A stretch of DNA of 64,000 bases from Utricularia gibba (lineage: Eukaryota; Plantae; Magnoliophyta): contig NEEC01000004.1 in the NCBI GenBank assembly GCA_002189035.1, positions 5,456,001 through 5,520,000 of the forward strand, written 5' to 3'. The notes under the pieces were generated by a model. It was not told where the DNA came from. It searched no databases and was given only the letters and a program-made list of their open reading frames with translations. Each line of letters opens with the position of its first letter. Position 1 is the stretch's first letter. Positions 47,653 to 57,860 of the stretch are shown here, in pieces. The position numbers and the translations under genes were made by a program.

Positions 47653-48960
47653 TCAAACAGCAAAAAGGCCTTCTTGCAAAATCCAATCTTGCATCAGCAG
47701 CCGGGAATTCCGGGGCTGATCGGTCGGAACAAGATGCCCTGCGTTCATCACAACGGCTTCACTGAAATTCTCCCACTGCTGAACGTACCCAGCCAGCTCT
47801 TCATTCACCCTCCAAATCTTCCTCTCCGCCTCCAGGAACCGTTGGATCCCCTCCCACTTCATCTTCTCCACCCAAGCCAAAGTCGATACCACGCCGTCTC
47901 TCAAATCAGTTTGCCCTTGGTACAGCAAAACCCTGGTTTTCCTTTTCACCAAATATTCCACCATGGGCCTCGCGCTTTTCATCCCGTCTTCGCGCAGTGC
48001 GTCGGCAACCGCCGTGCTGCAGAGTGTGAACGCCATGGATTCGTTGACTCCCAGCGCTTTCTTCGCCACTCGGTCGTTCAAGAACTGGGTTACCAGTCGT
48101 GTTGGGTAAGGCGTCAATCTTCTGAAATCGTAGAGAGTGGCTAAGCCGGTCATGTTTGTCGTAGTGTTCAGCACTCTGAATCTCGCTTCCCTGGCCTCGA
48201 TCCATTTCTCCCTTCTAGCTAAATCAACAGCTTCCGTCTGAAGTTTCTCTAAGATGCTTCTTTGGGCTTCGTTGATGAGACCCAAGTAGTAAGCGTTCGC
48301 AGCAATTACCGAAATCTGGAGAGCGGGATCAGTTAAGCCATTTCCAATAGCAACACCTGCTAAATTGACTCTTTTTTCTCTGGGCAAAAGGGGATTTTTC
48401 TCAAGTATGTGATACCCAAGTGCTGGAAGGTACTTGCCGGCATAGCTTTCCCCAGTGATGTAAATTGGCCTCTTCCTGAATGATGGGCTGGAATCAAGAA
48501 ACCTCTGTATGGCTATGAGGAGATGCCTTGCTATGGCAGTTTGGGTTCTGGGTATCTCCCCTGGTGAAGCTGCGATGCTGAATCCAGTACCAATTGGGCT
48601 ATCAAGAAAAAGCAACGCGAAAACGTTGTTCCAAGAATATGGGTTGCGGTAAAGCGAAGCGTTTTGGTTCACCAGCCAGGGCCCAAGTTCAAACATGTTC
48701 CCCAACATGGAGGAGCAGCCAGGGCCACCCTGGAGCCATACGAGAATGGGGATTTGGGACAGAGGAGCATTTCTTGTTTGCGATTCATAGAATGCGTAAA
48801 AGATTGCTGAACCAGTGGTGGAGTTGACCTCCAAGTAGCCGGATTTTGAGGGTAGAGCTTCTTTAGGGAACGATCCAGCAGCCACTGGGCCTGGTGATTG
48901 GGAGACGAGGAAGAGGACGAGGAGGATGAGACTGTAGAATGGTGACGCCGGAGCTCCCAT
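47653..48960 (-). CDS. Serine carboxypeptidase-like protein (SCPL50-like), intronless
   Basis: Signal peptide, WLQGGPGCSS, GESYAG catalytic Ser, VLLYQGQTD, AGHLVP. Confidence 0.95.
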   Translation of the reverse strand: MGAPASPFYSLILLVLFLVSQSPGPVAAGSFPKEALPSKSGYLEVNSTTGSAIFYAFYESQTRNAPLSQIPILVWLQGGPGCSSMLGNMFELGPWLVNQNASLYRNPYSWNNVFALLFLDSPIGTGFSIAASPGEIPRTQTAIARHLLIAIQRFLDSSPSFRKRPIYITGESYAGKYLPALGYHILEKNPLLPREKRVNLAGVAIGNGLTDPALQISVIAANAYYLGLINEAQRSILEKLQTEAVDLARREKWIEAREARFRVLNTTTNMTGLATLYDFRRLTPYPTRLVTQFLNDRVAKKALGVNESMAFTLCSTAVADALREDGMKSARPMVEYLVKRKTRVLLYQGQTDLRDGVVSTLAWVEKMKWEGIQRFLEAERKIWRVNEELAGYVQQWENFSEAVVMNAGHLVPTDQPRNSRLLMQDWILQEGLFAV

Positions 48961-49987
48961 TGGTGCAGTGAGATTGTGATATTGGAGCTCAGGTCATCTT
49001 CTTCTTATAGGATGAATGATGAACTACAGTAGTCCAAATGACTCTTCCACCATAGGGCGTTATCTTAAATGATGACTGCATACCATGCATCCCTGCGATT
49101 CAAAAAAAAGAAAAAAAAAAGACACTTGGGACAAAGCAACTACAGAAGGAGTACAAATGACTTTCAATAGTCAACGGAAGAGTGCAACCGAAACTCTCCA
49201 AGGACAGGCACAGTGGTTGAGAACAAAAAAAATCTAGTCTTTTTTTTGTTGGTGAGCCCTGTATTACCCACCCACCACAATCAAAGATTAAGGTCCTAAA
49301 TTTCGAATACTTTGACCAGCAAGAACAGGTAGCTGCTTACAGTTTGGTCGGTTTTAGGTGGGAAGGCAATCAAGAGGGAAGAATGAAAAAGTGGTGACTT
49401 GAGATGAAGACCCCCATTTTTCAAAGCTGTCATCACGCGTACCGTGGCATTGATTGTTGAAAAGTCTGACTCGGGCATCCAGATGTCAACGAATTCCTAT
49501 TGTGAGAAGGACACCACAAGAAAGAAAAAGGAGCAGACAAGAAAGACCACCACCATCAAGGGCATCAATCTTCACAGATCCAAGTCCCATGGAGAAGCAA
49601 CGAACACGATGATTGCCTTTGAGTTTGTTGGATGCTTTACTTTATGAAAAAATAAAAGAAAAAGTGGATTTGAAAAGCAAACCAAGACAACAATTTGGCC
49701 CTGCACCTTAGCATTACAATTCACTCGGCATGGAGAGAGGTATTGGGAGTGAAGGGGAATGGTTGTGTGTGTATTTTTTGAGTTCAGATGCGAGCCTCCT
49801 GACTTCATTGGGGTTTCGTCATCCCCGGTCTGCTGAGGGCACCTTTTAAAGCAGTTGGTGTGTCAAGCTCAACTCTCTACTGAATATTTGGGGTGTTGCC
49901 ATTCGAGGTGAAGGGCGGGTTCATTTTGCTCACAGCACAAAGCTGGATGGCTAGAGAGGGCGTCGGGTTTCAAGCTTCCCGCGGTCA

Positions 49988-52900
49988 TCAGAATCCTTGG
50001 GACGCGCAGGAAAGCTCGCCACTGGTAGATTGTTGGTCTTCCATATCTACATCTCGGCTAAGGTCACTCTGGCACTCCGTTTCTGCCTTTCTGCTCACAT
50101 CAGAATGGGCTGGGAAGCATTTCCCTTCATCATCACTCGAAGATTTTGGAGCCTGTTGTAATCTTTTCAGTTGAGGCTCCCCTTCGGAAAACAACTTGCG
50201 TTTGCAGAATGTCACCAGAGCTCGTTTCTTCTCCACGGCATCACAGTCAGCAAGTCCACCAGCCCTTTTCAGTAACAACTTTCAGTTCCAGTAAGCCAAA
50301 TTTCTTTCACTGATGAAGCGAACCATCGACAAGTACCTTTTTGATGGATTTGATGAGGCCTCGTGAACTGATACAGAAGGTTCAGAATCTCCGTGATCGG
50401 CGCTCGTTATACAATCAGATGCTGAACCGTCTTCATTACTGGAGGGAGGGAAGAATTAGACAGCTAAAAAGGCCGACGAGAGAACTTTTAAACAAGGTTT
50501 AACAAAATGCAGAACTGCAATTTCATTTGGTAGCACAGTTATGGTGGAAATCCAAGTTTAACATGAGTTACCAACCTGCCCACATCAAAATGATCCTTCT
50601 CTTCTATGGAAGTAGTAGATGTTCTTACACCTGCACCTCCTAGCAGCAGCTGCGAGCACATGTAAAAAAAGAATTAAGCAACACAACCATAGGAGTATTA
50701 TCTTTAGATGATCACTAGATACTAAGAATGTCGGTCACCCTATCATATGCAACTTTCAGAGCACGGATTGGAGGGAACTTGTCAAATTTGGAAAGCTGGT
50801 TCCAAAAATTTTCAACAAGGTAACGGAGCAAAGGTTTCATATTCTCCTGCAGAAAATTTTCAGGAAATTGACATGAAAAGAGAATAAAAATAAAAGGGAT
50901 ATGATTCTCAATCAGTGAAGCAACGAGAAATAAATGTGAAACGAACGTGCACCTCCCGTATATACTCAAAAAATTCGAGGACAGCAGAGTGCAGAAGATT
51001 GTACCGACTGCCATGATCAACAAATGCTTCCACTATGGGACTGAATAGATTATTCGTGACAATGTGATCCACTAAATATTCATCCTGCAAACGTCCATTA
51101 GATAAAAAAAATGGAATTTTGATACGAAACAAATGAAAAGCAGCACATTGAACTTACACTACAAGAAACAAGAGTCCTCATGAATCTAATGGCAGCAAGT
51201 ACAAGACATTTTTCTCTTCTTCTTGCCAAATACCATACCTTCACAACTGCGCTGTTGAAAAGAAAATAGCACCTGCATTTCCAAAAATAGCTATTAACCG
51301 TATATGACATACAGAAATTCCTTCACCAGGCGCATCAGTTACAAGGATTCAAAAAGTACTTTATTCGGTAAGGGTGATGCAACACACAAAAGCCTAGAAG
51401 ATCACAGATACTTAGTAGCATATCCACGCTCATAGACTTGTACTCTATTTCTCCACCACTACTTGGCGGGCATGATGATGTTATGGCATCAATCAATTGG
51501 CTCAAGTGCTTTCCATAAAAAGTACGAACCAACTGTTCCTTCTGCAATAAAACTGATGTGCTGAAGAACATGTAAAGGAAAAAGGCAGCAATAGATTAAG
51601 AAAATATCATGACACTGCAACCAACATCATGAATCATGAAAGAGAGAAGGGAGGCAACAAAAGACGAGCATAGGTATTATTTGCTTATGAGTGCAGCTTC
51701 AATCATGACAGAAAGGGTGCAAGCGACCACAAAATGCATGTGAACCAAATATGGAAGGCATTTAATGATTGGGAAATAATCCAGACTCAGAGAAATAGAA
51801 AGCTAAAAGTGCATTCCGAAAAAGAATAAGAGAGAAGCCAGAGTTACAGCAGAATGAGCTCAACATACAGGTCCTGGAATAGTTGTATCTAAGAGACGGC
51901 GAATGATTTCAACAAATTGGAAATGCACATCATCTTCAAAATCTTTAAGCATATTATTCACCTGCAGAACAAAATTGAACATATTTTCTACTCAATGAGA
52001 AGTTTTGATAAAATGGATAACACAAGTGACTATGAAACAAGAGCATGGAAAAACACTGCATCCACCAAACTCGGATGATGTAATCAATATAAAAAAACAA
52101 GAGGATTTCAACTATTTTAAACCAATATCATTCATGATGCCATAGCAACCCATCAATAATGATGGGAAAATCTTTCAAAATCACAAATGAATTCTCTAAA
52201 AACTCATTTTAGAGTTATCAGAGATATGGCTAATGGAATCTACATGCCTTTAGAGGCCACCTGACCAACCCAAAGTATTTTGAGAAACTTACCAGGAGCC
52301 CCATCTGATCAACTTCTGGTCTAGTTATCTGAGAAACCAAAGTTTTTTGATCAAGATTGCATAAAAGAATGAGAATTTCTGTCCTGAAAGGTCAAATCAA
52401 ATAGAGTGATCAGAAATTACCTAAAATAGAGAACCATTTACATAGATAAAAAATGTATCTATAGAAGTCTCTCATTACCCAGTCAAAACAAGCTTATGGT
52501 CATCACCACCCAAAACTGCAGCTATGATGTCAAATATACCTTCGTTGACAAGATCCCTCCATGCACAAATGCCACAGAATTGAAGAAATCATATAGCTTT
52601 ACAATTCATAGAATCACAATGACGGAAGCTGTTAGACACATAGGAAGATAAGGACACTAGTACCTCAAAGTACCTGAAAAACTGGAGTTGGCTTGCCTCC
52701 TGCAAGCTCTTACTTAACATACAAAACTCATGTAAAAACTGCAACTGTTTCACGAAAAACAAAACAAGTGTTTTCAATTTTTTTGGATATCATTATTCAT
52801 TTTTTGCTTATTATGGAATTATGGACAAAGTATCTTCTCATGTAACTTCAAAGTTGAGGAAAAAATGCGTTAAAAACTTCAAAGAGTTCTACTTGCCAAA

Positions 52901-55622
52901 ATTTTCTTTGAGTCTACAGAGGTTGTGGGGGAATTGAGCCTAGCTAGCAATTCCTTGGATAATTTGCTGTCATTTTTCACGAAGGAAATGATCTGCAGCA
53001 GATCATACCTAAGGCTAATAACCACTGAAATGTGCAAAGCACTGGCAGGCTGAAACAAATCTTACCGCAGCATTATTCGAATGTATGATAGAGTTAATAT
53101 TTTCATCTATCTTGTCCTCTAATATATTGGCAAAAATCACATCCTATAATGGACAGTAAAAGAGCAAAATTTACTTAAAAACATCGTGAAGAAATTGCAT
53201 CTCAATCAGAAAATAGAGGTATACCTTGATATATTTAAGCCTGTAGTTTTGATGTATCTTCGAAAGAACAAGGGCATTTGTAATAGGTATTGGCTGCACA
53301 TGCTAGAAAAGAATATTCAGATATACACAAGTGAAATCAGTCAGAAACACATGATGGAAATTAAGTTTTCACCTCCTTAAAAATCACATCCTCTCTCAAA
53401 AATTTCCGATGATGTCTTTTAGGTGTGCCTGGACGATCTACAATAAATACCAACACACAATATAAATAAATTCAGTAATGGATGGATTCAAACATATAAA
53501 AAACAACCAAAAAATCAATAACAAATCAGAAGAAGGATAGATATAGAAAGAAGAAAGAACCATAGAATATATTTAGCTCAGGTCTCATCCTTACGATGTT
53601 AGAAGAGCATCAACAAAATGGTGCGTTCCAATTATAGAGATCGTGAAAAAAAAAATTGACCCAACAAACTACTTGGAGTTAGAACTAAAATATATCTCAG
53701 GATTGACATCCTTAAGCAGCCTCGGTACACCTTCTGATTAATATGAATAAAATCCACATGTAAAAAAGTATTGTTATTCAGTGTTTCAAGAAAACTACGG
53801 ATAACAAATGAACGAGAACATGGGTTGGAGAACGAGGAAGAGTTAGAGTTATACTCTCTAGGCATCCAATGATATCCATGATTAAGCCGTCCCCAAATAT
53901 TCTCTCGTGGATAGGAAAGTTGTTCAATAAGACTGAAATTAGAAAAAAAGAAGTGTTGTGGTATGTCGTTGACAAAGCTGAAGGCATCATTGACTAAAAA
54001 GTGTCACCATTCACTCACTGATTCCTCTTACAATTCCGTAGATCAACTGAAGCTTCCCCTTGTTTCCTGAATCTTCACATATTCTAAACAGCGCTACCAG
54101 CTTTTTGAAAAAATCTTGCTGCATTAACAACAATATTGAAATAAGAACTTTTTTAAGATCAAAAGAACTGAAGGGCTGGACACTTCCATTCACAACCATG
54201 AGAAAAATGAAAAGTGGGAAATTGGAAGAAAATAAATGAGTTCTTACATCCTGTAATAGGAGTTCCGCTACTTGGTCTCGTTCATATGTGCCACCTTGAA
54301 CAATCTGCAACAGAAGAATTGGATTACTTGTTCCAGATATAGCATACAGGTAATAAGAGAGATACAAAAGGGACAAATAATCCAAAACAAAAAATGGATG
54401 CATTCATGAGAAGGGGATGACTCAGATAATCATGAGGATTACCTTAAAAATCAAATAAAGATTTGAAAGCTCAACTGGAGGCATCCCCGGTGGTTCCTTG
54501 CTATTTTTTGTAAATACCTTGTCTGTGAATTTGGATAATAAATATTAGACCAGCAGAAGGTTTAAGAAAAATACTGATTGTCACTTCTATTATTGGGCTA
54601 CATTCGACTTTCATAAAATTCATCTAAAAATGCGTGTTCCTAAATGAGATTATGAATCTCAAATTGAACAACAACGATGAACCAGTGACAGTTACTTTGA
54701 GAACTCACTGGTAGTAGAGCTGACACGTGCATTCCTTTGTAGATTACAGATATGATCCCTGCAAAAAACAAGAAATCGTAAGCGAATACAAGCATCATCA
54801 CCAGTATGTAAAAAAAAAACAGAAGATACTAGCCATATATATGAGCAGCCTATCGCCTCTTGAAAGCTCAGAGCAATTTCTGTTAAAAAATCGGGATCAT
54901 TCCATGAAATAATTGTGCCTAAGGAACAAGTTTACAATGAGAAACAAAGCAAAAAGAAAAAGATTAAGTTAATGGACAAAAAGAGAGACCACATACTTTC
55001 TTGCTTGCGATAGATATCTTCCAAGCAGATTGGGTGCTGGAGAATTACTTCATCATCCTCTTCATCAAAAACAAACAAAGCCTGGTCTTTTGATCCCTAC
55101 ATCGTATTAATGTCGACTAATTGGTCATGCCCCAATACAAACAAAAACAAAGTACCGAATCCCCAAGATGGCTCATTGAGAATGGAGAGAAAGGTTGAAC
55201 CTCCAAGTAATGAACAGAGACATGTCCAATACCATGATCCTCCCACTTCTCAGCGTCACTCAGATGGTATAACTTAACACGCTGTAAGTGAAGTACGAAT
55301 GCGTGTAGAAACAGGATGAGGAAAGAATATCACTTAGATACAAGAAATATTCTTCAGCCAATAATGAAATTCAAAAAAGATCCAAGTTTAATCCGTATCC
55401 ACTACTACTGCATATTCAACCAAGAAAGTAAGTAGACCATGATTTCTTTGCCACCACAAATTTCTCAACAAAAAAAAAGAAGCCAACTTCAAACCAAGAA
55501 CAACCCGTTACCGGAGTCGAACAAACATTTCATTCTTACGGCTGGTGTATTCTTGAGATACCGACCTTCATGGGCATTGTATCGTCTTTGTTCCGCAACT
55601 CATCCTGCGAAGCCATGGCCAT
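49988..55622 (-). CDS. PP4R3: Protein phosphatase 4 regulatory subunit 3 (PSY2/SMEK)-like, many exons; exact C-terminus uncertain
   Basis: Exons give RVKLYHLSDAEKWEDHGIGHV, DIYRKQE, IISWNDP..ALSFQE..GCSYIWDHIC, FFKKLVALFRICED, FLHEFC.LSKSL, SICDLLGFCVLHHPYRIK, LVLAAIRFMR, RYNLLHSAVLEFFEYIR. Confidence 0.88.
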
Positions 55623-56171
55623 TGAACGATCGAGCTCAGGGGATTCTCTGCTTTTCCCGCCGGCGGACGTACCACAGACGCACCTGAAACAGGATTATGG
55701 TTCAAGAAATGAGACGAAAGTAAGTTGTGAGTCCAAATTAAAACGAATGAAATCAGAAATTATATCCCCTTTCGTCTTCTTGTTCCTGAAACCCTTGAAT
55801 CCAAATCCTCTTCTCCTGTCTTTCTAGTTTCTACTGCTACTCTTTCTCTGAGCATAGTCTTCACAACTGCATTTGTGTAAAACGGTAACCTTGCTGAGGC
55901 GTGAAATGTGAAATGACGGTATTGCCATTCACAACGGATACTTGTACGTAGACCGTAGTCCACGTGGTAGGATACCCAGTGCGGATATCTCTTCCCTTCC
56001 CTCTTCATTCTCGTTTCCTCTCTGTTTTAACATGTCCGAAATCCCACTGCTTTAATGGTTTTTACATTGCACTAAGTGCATCGATTTGCTTCTTATTCCA
56101 GAAAAACCATGCTTCAGTTTGATCCTCAGGATGCCTATAAAGCCACAAGAGAGACAGGAAAAAATGAAACA

Positions 56172-56542
56172 ATGGGTAAGCTCATGCGCTTCTGGGTGAT
56201 CCTCGTCCTCTCCCTGGCTCTCACGCCGGGTAAGCGAATTCCAGTATCATCTCATCAGTGTCGGCATACAATGAGAAGTAAGTAGCTTATGGTGACTGGT
56301 GATGGTGATGACAGGTTGCTGGGGAAGTATCTGCGAAGTGGAGGATTTGACGACGCTGTGCCCCGATATACCACCGTCGGTGTGCGTGCACCTATCAGTG
56401 CATCAGCAATGCTAAACCTGGGTTCATCTTCTTGGACTACGTGTGTGTGCCATTTGGCGACTTTGAGGACCTCTCCTACTGCCGGTGCATCTACAAGTGC
56501 CCCGATCCCCCCTCTCCTGCTCCCTCGCCGTCGCCGGCGTAG
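56172..56542 (+). pseudogene. Defensin-like (8-Cys) gene with Pro-rich tail, frameshifted by a 4-bp duplication
   Basis: Exon 1 (58 nt) encodes a signal peptide; intron 56230-56314. Removing one GTGC at 56382-56389 gives a 93-aa protein with C-X8-C-X7-C-X3-C-X14-C-X11-C-X-C-X3-C ending PDPPSPAPSPSPA*. Confidence 0.75.
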
Positions 56543-57147
56543 CTGAGGAGAAATCGTGAAATAACGCTGCCCTTCTGCTATCCGGGGAGGCAACACTACT
56601 TTACTTATCATCGAGTAAAGTAGTAAAACAATAACGTTTTCGTAATACCACTTACCAGCTTCACTTACCAGGTTTCACCTTTGTGGCCAAGAATCACAAA
56701 ACAAAAACACCATGAATTCCACTGCTGCCGCATTCTCACCTTCTGCAAAATCTGAGAAAATCAAATGCGGAAGTTGCAAAGTTCATGGCGTTCCTTTTTG
56801 TTTTGATGCACACATTTCGCGATAAAATGTCCAACTACGCCAAATGATGATTGATTCAGTCCGTGAAATACTACAAAAAGTTGCAAAATACCCAAAATAC
56901 AAACTTTTTATCATTAATGTCGAGAAAGTGGAACTATAATTTGGAAGAGGAATCTGTATGGGATATCCAGAATATGAACAGATTGTATTGATACATCTCG
57001 TAACGTTTCTGTCTTTTGGTATTCTAGTAAGTAACCGCTTCAGTCATTGAATGCTAATGTGGAAGCGTACGCTGCAGTCCTGAGGAAAATCTGATTATAA
57101 AACAGGAACAAAATATGCGTTGGATTGGAGACGAGAGTATGAAACAA

Positions 57148-57565
57148 ATGGGCAGGCTTGGTTACCTGTCGTTCCTCCTCATCCTCCATTTGGTTCTCAT
57201 CTCCGGTAGGGGAGTTTGCATGTTTATCCCCTCGCGCAAATCACGTTCATGTTATCACTGGTCACCGCCCTCTTTTCAATTCTACGCATATTTCTGTTCA
57301 CTGAATGCTCTTGACGTACTTCGCACTCTTCTTCTATCTCAGAGTTGTCCCGGTTGTGAGAGGCATAACTTTAGGATGCGAGCTGGACATCGGAGATGAG
57401 TGCCCCCCAAACGATCCGTGGCAGTGCAAAGGAGCCTGCGAGAGTTTCATGGGATCCCTTTTCAGGGGAGCAGAGTGCGTGTTGGCGCCGCAGCACAAGG
57501 ATTATTTCCATTGTCGGTGCTTCTATAAGTGCCCGGAGCCCGGTGAACCAACGCGCCGGCCCTGA
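57148..57565 (+). CDS. Defensin-like (8-Cys) secreted peptide, 2 exons
   Basis: Exon 1 (58 nt) signal peptide, phase-1 intron 57206-57344, mature part C-X7-C-X7-C-X3-C-X12-C-X11-C-X-C-X3-C followed by PEPGEPTRRP*. Confidence 0.85.
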
Positions 57566-57860
57566 CCGCACTGTTGAAGGGCCGGAGTTGATCGACGACT
57601 ATCAAGAAGCCAATGTGACTCCTCATGTGGACGTAATAAATACTACTGAATCAATTTAATACTAAGTTACTGGAGCGACTTGTTAAAATCATACAGACCT
57701 AATCACGTAGTTTGTTGTTCTTTCGTCTGCCCGATGCTTGCATGATGATATATGAAAGCGGCCCGGGCCCTTCGAGTGTTGCAGATGCCTACTTCCAACG
57801 TCTGTCGAGCTCTATAATATGCTTGTATAGCAACGAAACTTTCCGGTCAGGTGGCAGGCG

